From Candidatus Brocadiales bacterium (lineage in GTDB: Bacteria > Planctomycetota > Brocadiia > Brocadiales > Bathyanammoxibiaceae), in the NCBI GenBank assembly GCA_046758865.1, contig JBHIBD010000002.1:4128-68127 (forward strand): a stretch of DNA of 64,000 nucleotides. The letters are read 5' to 3'. Below the pieces are notes generated by a model. The model was given only the letters and a program-made list of their open reading frames with translations, was not told the DNA's origin and did no database searches. The number at the start of each line of letters is the position of its first letter. Position 1 is the first letter of the stretch. The position numbers and the translations under genes were made by a program. This document shows positions 45,390 to 54,199 of the stretch, piece after piece.

Positions 45390-47288
45390 ATGGCGGAGGC
45401 TCCCGAGGTAAGTGTCACCGTAGGATTCAAACAGCCAGAGCTCCTTGTATCCATACAAGAAGAACCCATAATAAGATATAAGGGTTCCCACAAACAGCTA
45501 CTCGAAGACAAGAAGTACGACGTAACTACCTCTTTAGACCAGAGTTGGTTTCCTCACAACATACCCTGTAGAGTGGGCTGCCCTATCGGTACTGACGCCA
45601 GGTCTTACTCACTGGCAATTTCTGAGGGCAAGAATCAGCTTGCCTACCTTCTCGCCAGACAGAATAACCCCTTTGTATCCGTCCTAGGAAAGGTCTGTAA
45701 CGCACCCTGTGAGCCCGTCTGCCAGAGAGCAAAGATAGATTCACCCGTGTCAATAAGGGCGCTCAAGGGCTTTGCCGTTGAAAAGAGCAGGTTTAGCACA
45801 AGAGAGGTTTACGAGTGGCTGAACACAAAGAAATCGAAGGTAAACCTGCCCCAGGGGGACAGACCCCCGCGTGTCGCTATTGTGGGAGGAGGCCCAGCGG
45901 GTCTATCTGCTGCACATGACCTGGCCCTTATGGGTTACAAGGTCAAGGTCTTTGAGGCATCCAGCAGGCTGGGAGGCATGCTAAACGCCATACCTCCATA
46001 CAGGCTGGATAGTGAGACTATAAAGAAGGATATTGATGGCATACTCTATTTGGGTGTTGAGGTTGAGACAAACAAGACCTGCGGGAAGGATTTTGGGATA
46101 GATGAACTCCTTGGGCAGTTTGATGTCGTTCTCTTAGCTACCGGTCTTCAGAAGGGCAAGTTACCAAGTATACCCGGCACAGGGCTTCAGGGTGTGCTTC
46201 ATGGAGTAGAGTTTATGAAGTGCGTTGTCTCTGGAGAGAGGGTGGAGCTGGGAAGAAATGTGGTGGTCTTGGGAGGAGACAACGTTGCTGTAGATATTGC
46301 CCGCACGGCCCTACGGCTGGGAGGAAGAAATGCACGGGTTAGCGTGGTTTGTGTTGAGGCCACAAAGGGTTCGAGGCCATACAGCCCAGAGGATGAGATG
46401 CCAGCCGATGCATCCAGGGTATCCGAGGCCAGGAAAGAGGGAGTCGTATTCCGCACCTCTCTAGCACCAGAGGAGATTCTGGGGGAGCGTGGCAGGGTTA
46501 ATGGGTTGAGGGTAAGGTCTGTTATCACAGTTTATGACAGTGATGGGCGTTTTAACCCTACATATAAGAGTGGAAAACGGCGAGTCTTGGGGGCTGATAT
46601 GGTTATCCTCAGCTTGGGCCAGGAGCTGGACCTGTCGTTCATAGAAAGATGCAAGGGCCTTGAGCCTACGGCTGATGGCGGGTTGGAGATGGACCCGGCG
46701 ACCATGATGACCGCCAAGAGAGGGGTATTCTTGTGTGGGGACATGGCTAAAGCCGGACATATTGTAGACGCTATAGCCTCTGGCCAGAAGGCCGCTCAGT
46801 CTATCCACCAGTATCTTGGAGGGACGGGTTCCCTGGGGCTGAAGGGCCCGAATGGAATTGAACCTGTTCACCACCATGAGAAGCATGACACCTTTGCCAT
46901 AAGGTGCTCAATATGGAAATTACTCCCGCCCGCGTTGTCCCCAAATAAAAGCAGGGGAAATATGGCGCTTGTGGAGGGAAGTTACTCCGATTACGAGGCA
47001 CGAAGACAGGGGCAGAGGTGCATTGACTGTAGTATAAGCCCTATGATTAGTCCTTATAATCCCTGTACCCTCTGTGGTGATTGTGTGGACTCGTGTCCGA
47101 CCGAGTGTATATCTATGAAGTTTATAAATAGGGCGGACCTTAATGGAGTACTGGGGGAGACCCGGGGTAACGGCCCCTGGGTGAGTCTCTTAATAGACGA
47201 CAGCGAATGTGTCCACTGTGGCGCGTGTGCAGAGGCGTGCAGCTCGGACTCTATATATATGGTGAGGTTTAAAGAGGTTAGTGGATAG
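45390..47288 (+). CDS. GltD-like FAD/NAD(P)-binding oxidoreductase with N-terminal FeS region and C-terminal 2x[4Fe-4S] ferredoxin domain (cluster 1)
   Basis: VAIVGGGPAGLSAAHDL, a second Rossmann fold, CTLCGDCVDSCP and CVHCGACAEAC. ATG 45390 follows GAGGAGGAGGG. Confidence 0.85.
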   Translation: MAEAPEVSVTVGFKQPELLVSIQEEPIIRYKGSHKQLLEDKKYDVTTSLDQSWFPHNIPCRVGCPIGTDARSYSLAISEGKNQLAYLLARQNNPFVSVLGKVCNAPCEPVCQRAKIDSPVSIRALKGFAVEKSRFSTREVYEWLNTKKSKVNLPQGDRPPRVAIVGGGPAGLSAAHDLALMGYKVKVFEASSRLGGMLNAIPPYRLDSETIKKDIDGILYLGVEVETNKTCGKDFGIDELLGQFDVVLLATGLQKGKLPSIPGTGLQGVLHGVEFMKCVVSGERVELGRNVVVLGGDNVAVDIARTALRLGGRNARVSVVCVEATKGSRPYSPEDEMPADASRVSEARKEGVVFRTSLAPEEILGERGRVNGLRVRSVITVYDSDGRFNPTYKSGKRRVLGADMVILSLGQELDLSFIERCKGLEPTADGGLEMDPATMMTAKRGVFLCGDMAKAGHIVDAIASGQKAAQSIHQYLGGTGSLGLKGPNGIEPVHHHEKHDTFAIRCSIWKLLPPALSPNKSRGNMALVEGSYSDYEARRQGQRCIDCSISPMISPYNPCTLCGDCVDSCPTECISMKFINRADLNGVLGETRGNGPWVSLLIDDSECVHCGACAEACSSDSIYMVRFKEVSG

Positions 47289-47297
47289 AAAAGGCTT

Positions 47298-47795
47298 ATG
47301 GGTAAGTCTGCAGTGAAGGCAGAAAATATAGCGAAAGTCAGCCGGCGTGAGGCCATGAGGAAGGGCATCTTCTGGGCCTGTTGGGGCACGTTCATAGGTT
47401 TTGCAGGTATGTTGGGCGCCAGCATAGTGCGCTATGCGTATCCGAGGATAGTTTTTGAGCCATCAAGCCTATTTAAGATAGGTAAGCCAGATGAATATGC
47501 GATGGGCTCGGTCACCCTGATAGAAGGCCGCAGGGTGTTCATTGTTCGGGACGAGAAGGGCTTTTATGCCCTTTCGGCCATATGCACCCATCTGGGCTGT
47601 CAGCCCATCTGGGAGGAGGATAAACAGATATTCATGTGTCCCTGCCACGGCGGGCGTTTCTACAAGGACGGGATAAACTTTGCGGGCCCGCCCCCAAGGC
47701 CCCTGCCCAGGCTACACATGGGTTTTGCCCCTGACGGCCGCCTCATGGTCGATAAGTCCAAAGAGGTCGGAATGGATTTTATATTAGTGGTCTGA
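47298..47795 (+). CDS. Rieske [2Fe-2S] subunit (cluster 1)
   Basis: CTHLGC and CPCHGG boxes, SRREAM Tat-like motif, TM anchor. Confidence 0.9.
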   Translation: MGKSAVKAENIAKVSRREAMRKGIFWACWGTFIGFAGMLGASIVRYAYPRIVFEPSSLFKIGKPDEYAMGSVTLIEGRRVFIVRDEKGFYALSAICTHLGCQPIWEEDKQIFMCPCHGGRFYKDGINFAGPPPRPLPRLHMGFAPDGRLMVDKSKEVGMDFILVV

Positions 47796-47805
47796 GAACT
47801 TTGCT

Positions 47806-48426
47806 ATGAAATGGGTTCCATTAGGTCTTGTTAGATATACGTTCTGTCTGGGCGGGCTTAGTGTCTTCTTTTTCCTGATATGCATACTTACCGGGCCATT
47901 CCTGATGATGTATTACATACCCAGCGTTGACAGGGCGTGGGCAGACGTCCAGGACCTGAGCAACGTGGTGCCGTTTGGCAGGTTTGTCAGGAACATCCAC
48001 AGGTGGTCAGCATGTCTCATGGTTATATGTGTACCAGCCCACATGCTGAGGGTGTTTCTCCAGGCAGCTTACAAGCCACCGAGGCAGCTCAACTGGCTGG
48101 TGGGGGTTACGCTGCTTTTGCTGACATACTTAATGGCCTTTACGGGGTATCTCCTGCCCTGGGATAACGAGGCCTACTGGGCGGCCACTGTAGGTATGAC
48201 CATGGCAGAGAACAGTCCAATACTTGGGGCCAAGGGTCCATTTAGTGTGTTGGGCCCGGATACGGACATACATTATATGTTACTGGGGGGTACAGTCTTG
48301 GACCAGCCATCTCTTACACGGTTCTTCTTTGCCCACTGCGTGGCTATACCCGGGGCTATGGCTGGATTAATGGGACTCCATTTTTATAATATCCACAGGG
48401 CAGGTGGGATGTCCGGCCCTCTATAA
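47806..48426 (+). CDS. Cytochrome b6-like subunit (N-terminal cyt b, cluster 1)
   Basis: H-x13-H (helix B) and H-x14-H (helix D) heme ligands, FCLGG cysteine, PWD(N/Q) motif. Confidence 0.9.
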   Translation: MKWVPLGLVRYTFCLGGLSVFFFLICILTGPFLMMYYIPSVDRAWADVQDLSNVVPFGRFVRNIHRWSACLMVICVPAHMLRVFLQAAYKPPRQLNWLVGVTLLLLTYLMAFTGYLLPWDNEAYWAATVGMTMAENSPILGAKGPFSVLGPDTDIHYMLLGGTVLDQPSLTRFFFAHCVAIPGAMAGLMGLHFYNIHRAGGMSGPL

Positions 48427-48470
48427 TGATTGAGGTTATTGTTTGGTGAGTACACTGTGCGGAGGTCCTT

Positions 48471-48498
48471 GTAGTGGTCGAGCGAGCTCGACCACTAC
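48471..48498. repeat. REP-like hairpin GTAGTGGTCGAGCGAGCTCGACCACTAC inside cluster 1
   Basis: Lies in the 130-nt cyt b6/subunit IV spacer. The paralogous spacer in cluster 2 is 12 nt. Confidence 0.85.
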
Positions 48499-48556
48499 AA
48501 GACTAATCCGCCCAAGACGGACTATACAAATTAACTGGCTGGAGGTTTAAACGACA

Positions 48557-49336
48557 GTGGCTGGTGGACCGCATACTGGTAAAGAAAGATACAGGGTGAT
48601 GACGGTCGTCAAGGGTGAGGCCCTGAAGTCCAGGGATATATACGAGAGGCCGCCCAAGTATGAACTTTTCTTCCCGAATTTTGTTATGAAGGAGCTATGT
48701 GTCGGGCTGGCCTTCCTAATTATCCTCTTTGTTTGGGCCTACTTTAGGAATGCCCCCCTATATGAGCTGGCCGATCCAGGAGAGACCCCGGAGCACATAA
48801 AGGCCGCTTGGTACTTTGTTGGATTGCAAGAGATGCTGGCCTATTTTGACCCCTATTTGGCAGGGGTGATTATCCCAAGTGCTATATTGGCAGGACTTTA
48901 TCTTGCTCCCTTCCTTGATCCGGACCCCGTAAAGGGAATAGGCCGTTTCGCCTGGAAGGAGAGGAGGTTCGCCATGTGCACCTTCCTTGGGGGGTTTGTG
49001 TTTTGGTGGATGCTGATAATAGTAGGGTGGTATTTTAGAGGACCTTTGTGGGCCTTTTACTGGCCGTGGGAGGACCATTCTGTAGTCAAGGCCACAGAGG
49101 CTGTACAGTGGAACTTTCCTTTACCTGCGGGGATAGCCTACATAGTCGTCTTTTTTACCCTAGGAAACATTATACCTGCAATTATCTTTCCAAGGTTCTT
49201 TTACCGTCTGGGGATTGTTAGATACGTCATAACCATGTCCCTGTGGACGGGAATGATTTTTGTTGTGGCTAAGATGTTTCTGAGAAACGCCTTTGGCATT
49301 AAGTACATTTTAGTAACTCCATGGTTTAACGTGTGA
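48557..49336 (+). CDS. Cytochrome b C-terminal / subunit IV-like membrane subunit (cluster 1)
   Basis: KAAWYFVGLQEMLAYFDP (PEWY-like motif), multiple TM segments, GTG start. Confidence 0.82.
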   Translation: MAGGPHTGKERYRVMTVVKGEALKSRDIYERPPKYELFFPNFVMKELCVGLAFLIILFVWAYFRNAPLYELADPGETPEHIKAAWYFVGLQEMLAYFDPYLAGVIIPSAILAGLYLAPFLDPDPVKGIGRFAWKERRFAMCTFLGGFVFWWMLIIVGWYFRGPLWAFYWPWEDHSVVKATEAVQWNFPLPAGIAYIVVFFTLGNIIPAIIFPRFFYRLGIVRYVITMSLWTGMIFVVAKMFLRNAFGIKYILVTPWFNV

Positions 49337-49348
49337 GAGTGATGGGAT

Positions 49349-50692
49349 ATGATACCATTTCCAATTAATCTGTCCATTCCCTGGCTCATAGCGTTTCTGG
49401 TATTTGCGTGTGGCCTCGTAGCAACTTGTACTATATGGATATTTACCGAGTGGGGCGAGCCTGAGTGGAAGAAATATCAGCGGATAGAGCTAACGGAGAT
49501 GCGAGAAAACCTTGAAAAACAGTTACCCGTGCTGGAAGACCCCAAGTGGGGCGACCCCTCACAGGCCAAGATAGTAAGGGCCTCTATAGAGTTTCTCCGT
49601 AAACCGGACTACCAGATAAAGCAGATAATACTAAAGGGCCGAGGTAGCTGGAAGGAAGGCACAACCGGCATACCGGTGGACAGGTGCATGACCTGTCACA
49701 TAGACGAAGACAAGCTTACCAAGCAACACCCCTACACCAAAGACCACTTTGCCTATGACATCTATGGCTGCACGGTCTGCCACGAGGGCCAGGGCAGGGT
49801 GCTGACGAAGGAAGGTGCCCACGAGGGAATGTTGCGCAACAAGAGAGATATGATGCAGAGGATACAGAAGCCAGAGGAGATGGTGGCTTTATGGGAGAGG
49901 ATGGCCAAACTCTCTGTAGAGGAGGGAGATACGGCCTTTGATTTTAGGGATTATAGCGCTGCCGGAGAGAAGCTTGTGTACATGGGCAGCTTTGGCTGTC
50001 TTAAGTGCCATAGAAAACTTACCCCACGCCACGTTGAGGTGTGGGCGGATAACAAGTTCAAGACCTGGGAAAAGGTGCAAGCGGCAGAAGATTATGTTGA
50101 AGGTGACGAGAATTACCAGAAAAAGTGTTTGAAGTGCCACACCACGGGTTATGACGAAAAGACCGGTGAGTACGCCGAAGAGAACGTCACCTGTGAGGCC
50201 TGTCACGGACCGGGTGAGATGTATGTCAAGTTCATGAGCGAGGGAAAGCTGGCAGAGGCCGCTGTGGTGACCTACGAAGTGTTTAGTTTCAAGGTCTGCG
50301 GGAGATGTCATGTGTCGCGCAGACACGAGATGAGAGAGGCCATGCTGTTGGCTGTAGAGGAGGAGGAGGAGTTCTCAGAATGGCTGGCATCGTCCTTTGT
50401 TGAGGAATCAGATGCCCTTCACGCCAGCATTTCTGAAGAGACGGAGGCCTTCGGGTTAGAAGAACTGAAGGGATTGGAAGAGGTAGCTAACTCGTTGGAT
50501 ATGATGCTGGAGGATTTAAGGACATTGTTGCCTGAGCAAGAAGAAACTGTTCAAACTGCCGAGGAAGTGGAGCCTGACGGTGAAGGACCGCCACATCCAC
50601 TGAGGGCCAGACTAGAGGCCCCTGAGCCTTTCATGCAAGAGGCCCAGGCAGAGACGGCCAAAGAACCATTTAGTGGTAAGGGTGTGTATTAA
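49349..50692 (+). CDS. Membrane-anchored hexaheme cytochrome c with acidic C-terminal tail (cluster 1)
   Basis: N-terminal TM and six CXXCH motifs (CMTCH, CTVCH, CLKCH, CLKCH, CEACH, CGRCH). Confidence 0.88.
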   Translation: MIPFPINLSIPWLIAFLVFACGLVATCTIWIFTEWGEPEWKKYQRIELTEMRENLEKQLPVLEDPKWGDPSQAKIVRASIEFLRKPDYQIKQIILKGRGSWKEGTTGIPVDRCMTCHIDEDKLTKQHPYTKDHFAYDIYGCTVCHEGQGRVLTKEGAHEGMLRNKRDMMQRIQKPEEMVALWERMAKLSVEEGDTAFDFRDYSAAGEKLVYMGSFGCLKCHRKLTPRHVEVWADNKFKTWEKVQAAEDYVEGDENYQKKCLKCHTTGYDEKTGEYAEENVTCEACHGPGEMYVKFMSEGKLAEAAVVTYEVFSFKVCGRCHVSRRHEMREAMLLAVEEEEEFSEWLASSFVEESDALHASISEETEAFGLEELKGLEEVANSLDMMLEDLRTLLPEQEETVQTAEEVEPDGEGPPHPLRARLEAPEPFMQEAQAETAKEPFSGKGVY

Positions 50693-50697
50693 CCCGG

Positions 50698-50791
50698 GTA
50701 GGGGCACGGCATGCCGTGCCCCTTACTGGAGGTTGTCTGTAGCGTTGGAGCTTGCTCCAACGTTGAACGTGGCAGCAAGCTGCCACGCTAC
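50698..50791. repeat. REP-like hairpins inside cluster 1
   Basis: GTAGGGGCACGGCATGCCGTGCCCCTTAC (50698-50726) and GTAGCGTTGGAGC...GCTGCCACGCTAC (50739-50791). Confidence 0.85.
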
Positions 50792-50914
50792 ATTAAAAAT
50801 ATTTTTGCAATAAATGGATAACCGAGTGTAAAGAAAGGGGGTGGTGAAAAGGTATAAAAGAAGGCTAGTAGATCTCTCGTTACTAGAGGGAAATTTAAAA
50901 AAGGGGGATTAAGT

Positions 50915-52642
50915 ATGAAACAATGGAGCTTGCTTGCAGTGTTACTCTGTACGGGCTTGATTCTGGGAGTAGCGCCCAGTGCGGCGGTAGCCGAGGGGCC
51001 CTTCGCTGGTGATCCCAACGCCACCGTGGCAGCAGACCTTCCTCCTCTCAACCTGATGTACCCAGATAAGATGAAACCGGCCTGGGAGGAGTGGGTAGGT
51101 CTTGAGATGGGCGGTGGGCCTTTTAGGAAGCTTTATAGGCCCATACCCATGCACATGTACATTGCTCCCACAAAGCACTATATCAGGCCTGACATGTCTG
51201 GGTTTGCTGAGTTGTTCAAGAAGTTCCAGCCCGGCCAGTGCGAGGAGTGCCATATGGAGGTAACTCCCGGCTGGGTCCACCAGTGGGAAGATTCTGCCCA
51301 CGGCAACCCGAAGCACAAGGCAAAGTGGGCCGAGAAGACGAAGGCAATAGAAAAGAAGCTGGGCAGGACACTTGACAAGGTGGGCTGCGCTGAGTGTCAC
51401 GGCTCAAGCCACGACAGGCTTCAGATGCCCAACCTGGACAACTCCTGCGCACACTGCCATGAGCAGCAGGCCAAGGAGTTTGTCGCCGGGAAGAAGCAGG
51501 GCAGACCGAGCCACTTTCACAGTTGGATCTCAAATATTGTACCCCCCTGGTATATTGAGAACTACAGGAGGGGTGAAGGTGCAGGCATGATTGGCTGCGA
51601 CGTCTGTCACCCTGAGATGCAGCGCTGTGACGGCTGCCACATGAGGCATCTCTTCGGCACCAAGATGGCCAAGAAGCCCGGCACCTGCGGAAAGTGTCAC
51701 ATGGGTTATGACCACCCGGACTATGAGTCCTATACCAAGTCCGCTATGGGTGTTATCTATCAAGATACTGGCGCCGAATGGAACTGGGACTTGAACATGG
51801 AGGACATAGTCCCTGGTAAGGACTGGAGGGCGCCGACCTGTGCCTACTGCCATATGTATCAAGGCGGTGGGAAGTGGGGCCACACCGAGAACATCAATGG
51901 CATCTGGCGCATGGGTGTCTATAAGCCCAAGCAGAGGAACTATGAGTACAAGTCCAGCTTGAAGAATTCTCCCTACGGGATAAACATCCCGCCTCTTAAC
52001 AGGATTGTGGATGTTGACTCACCTGAGCTCAAGAAGAGAAGGGAGAACTGGATTGAACTCTGCTCCAACTGCCACAGCCCACGCTTCTCCAGGCTCTGGC
52101 TGGAGAACCTGGACGAGTTCATGCTGATAGGCTGGCAGCACACGGATGCAAGTATGGCCGTGTTGGACGACCTGTATAAGGCAGAGGCTATTATACCCAC
52201 GCCGGAGAATCGTGACCCATGGTTTCTTGGTGACGTGCTTGCCGACATACTGGGGCCGAAGAAGCTGGGTGAGACCCTTTACAACGCCTTCAAGACCACA
52301 CAGGGCCACTTCCCGATTTATGGGCCTATCCTTGCTACCGGCGACCAATATGTGACAGGTCCAGGCCGGCCGCACGAGATAGAGCTTTACCTTAATGAGC
52401 AGTGGTTCAGTCATCTGCTGAAGGCCTTCAAGGGTACTGCCCATGCCCAGCAGGATTACTCCTGGTGGTACGGTTGGTCGCCGATGTTGAAGGACCAGGC
52501 CAGGATACAGTCTAACGCCGTTAACCTCTACAGGCTGCTGGCTATAGAGAAGAAGCTAGGTATCAAGGCCAGTGGAGAACTGCCCAGCGACAAGAAGATT
52601 TACGGGCATACTCCTCTCTACACCAGCGGTAAGAGGAAGTAG
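50915..52642 (+). CDS. Octaheme hydroxylamine-oxidoreductase-like (HAO-family) cytochrome c (cluster 1)
   Basis: Signal peptide and eight CXXCH motifs (CEECH, CAECH, CAHCH, CDVCH, CDGCH, CGKCH, CAYCH, CSNCH). Confidence 0.88.
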   Translation: MKQWSLLAVLLCTGLILGVAPSAAVAEGPFAGDPNATVAADLPPLNLMYPDKMKPAWEEWVGLEMGGGPFRKLYRPIPMHMYIAPTKHYIRPDMSGFAELFKKFQPGQCEECHMEVTPGWVHQWEDSAHGNPKHKAKWAEKTKAIEKKLGRTLDKVGCAECHGSSHDRLQMPNLDNSCAHCHEQQAKEFVAGKKQGRPSHFHSWISNIVPPWYIENYRRGEGAGMIGCDVCHPEMQRCDGCHMRHLFGTKMAKKPGTCGKCHMGYDHPDYESYTKSAMGVIYQDTGAEWNWDLNMEDIVPGKDWRAPTCAYCHMYQGGGKWGHTENINGIWRMGVYKPKQRNYEYKSSLKNSPYGINIPPLNRIVDVDSPELKKRRENWIELCSNCHSPRFSRLWLENLDEFMLIGWQHTDASMAVLDDLYKAEAIIPTPENRDPWFLGDVLADILGPKKLGETLYNAFKTTQGHFPIYGPILATGDQYVTGPGRPHEIELYLNEQWFSHLLKAFKGTAHAQQDYSWWYGWSPMLKDQARIQSNAVNLYRLLAIEKKLGIKASGELPSDKKIYGHTPLYTSGKRK

Positions 52643-52656
52643 TGAGTGATTATTAT

Positions 52657-52699
52657 GGGGGAGCCGCCTGCTCAAGAGTAGGCGGCCCCTCCATTTTTT
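52657..52699 (+). terminator. Rho-independent terminator after HAO-like gene 1
   Basis: GGGGGAGCCGCCT / AGGCGGCCCCTCC stem (one mismatch), 10-nt loop, then ATTTTTT. Confidence 0.6.
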
Positions 52700-52800
52700 A
52701 GATTTGTGTTGTTGTGTCTTTCTACGGGTGTTTGTTTTTTTCTCCGGGGGTATAGGATCGAGGAGTTTAGGTGGCTTAATAGTTTTTGCAGGGGACTTTG

Positions 52801-53300
52801 ATAAGGGTTCCATTCTAAACTGCGTTAAAAGGAGGAGGACCGCCAATGCCACTTAGGGGCGAGACTGATGCTACTACTTCATTGGATGTGAAAAGTGCAA
52901 TAGACCTTCAGCCCACGGAGCTGAAGATTAACCCTGCTGGAAAGGTGACTCTCACCCTCCCCGGGATGAAGATAAGGCTGCCCGATGTTAAGGTGAAGCT
53001 CTGGTTTATGCCCCTTATCCGAGTGAGTGGCATGGAGGTGACTACGGAGCCTGCAAACCTCGAGGTGGATTTGTCGGATACGACAATGGAGGCCAGGGTA
53101 GAGCGTGCTACAAAGATAGAGATTCTTACTAATGGAGAGGTAAAGGCGCACGCCAAGCTGGAGGGTTCGGGTAGCCTCCAAGGCGGACCTATGAGCCTGG
53201 AGATTCCCGCAGATTAACTTCTTCCTGAGTCGAGAACAAGTCAGTAGATCACGGGTTTTATGTTGTGGCCTATGAACGTTTCTCTGTGCCTGTATCTAAA
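52801..53300 (+). repeat. 500-bp perfect direct repeat, copy 1 (copy 2 at 62362-62861)
   Basis: Line-by-line comparison at offset 9561 shows no mismatch. Identity drops sharply at both ends. Confidence 0.9.
52846..53217 (+). CDS. Orphan 123-aa acidic, beta-rich hypothetical protein (copy 1)
   Basis: Strong RBS AAAGGAGGAGG 8 nt before the ATG. No signal peptide, TM segment or Cys. Identical second copy and one degraded third copy. Confidence 0.6.
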   Translation: MPLRGETDATTSLDVKSAIDLQPTELKINPAGKVTLTLPGMKIRLPDVKVKLWFMPLIRVSGMEVTTEPANLEVDLSDTTMEARVERATKIEILTNGEVKAHAKLEGSGSLQGGPMSLEIPAD

Positions 53301-53516
53301 GAGAGTAATGGGTTTTAGTTGGGAAAGACTGCCATTCATGTGCCCTCATGTCTGACCTCCCAGCCCTTTCTGGGCCTGCTTGCCCTAAGTAGTTCTTAAG
53401 GAAAGAGGACCACTACCACAACCCTCTTTAAGGTTAAAGATCAACTCTCCACCCGCCTTGACTTTTTTAAAAAAAGTTCTTGCAAATACTATTTTGTGTG
53501 GTATAGTTTTCGACAT

Positions 53517-53675
53517 GATGTTGAGAATAGTATCATCTAAACTATACATGTCGAATAATACGGCATCTGTCGTAAGACTATACAGTTTTCTGGTATTCAG
53601 CTTATGGTGTTTAGGCAATATCTAGCGGCCTTCGTTGGCCCCCTCTATCCAATGCATTGCTTTGGCTATCGAGGG
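53517..53675 (+). pseudogene. Diverged copy of the comF upstream region plus its first ~22 codons
   Basis: Aligns without gaps to 1971-2129. About 80% identity by eye (59/72 over the coding part). Confidence 0.8.
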
Positions 53676-53689
53676 AAGGCACACGCAGG

Positions 53690-54199
53690 GGGCCTGCTAA
53701 TTCTGTAACAATAAACTTTAAGACTGTAGCAAAAACCTCACCTTAAAACGGCAGGAATAATGATGAGGGATAGTAGGCGAAGCATCCTTCAACAATCCAG
53801 CCTTGCCTCTGGTACGGCCGTTACCCTCGGTCTTTCAACGTCTACCCCCTCTTACGAGTTAACATACTCTGATTTGAACCCCCTCAAACAAAAATGGCAA
53901 GTGGTGATAGTCTCATTTTCTTATAGAGAGAAGATGTGTACAAAGGGCCTGCTAATTCTGTAACAATAAACTTTAAGACTGTAGCAAAAACCTCACCTTA
54001 AAACGGCAGGAATAATGATGAGGGATAGTAGGCGAAGCATCCTTCAACAATCCAGCCTTGCCTCTGGTACGGCCGTTACCCTCGGTCTTTCAACGTCTAC
54101 CCCCTCTTACGAGTTAACATACTCTGATTTGAACCTCCTCAAACAAAAATGGCAAGTGGTGATAGTCTCATTTTCTGATAAAGGGAAGATATGCGCAGA
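53690..54199 (+). repeat. Two tandem 255-bp units, each containing a Tat-signal-like 5' gene fragment
   Basis: Period 255 (53693 aligns to 53948). Produces the twin 67-aa ORFs 53760.. and 54015.. (MMRDSRRSILQQSSLASGTAV...). Confidence 0.88.
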
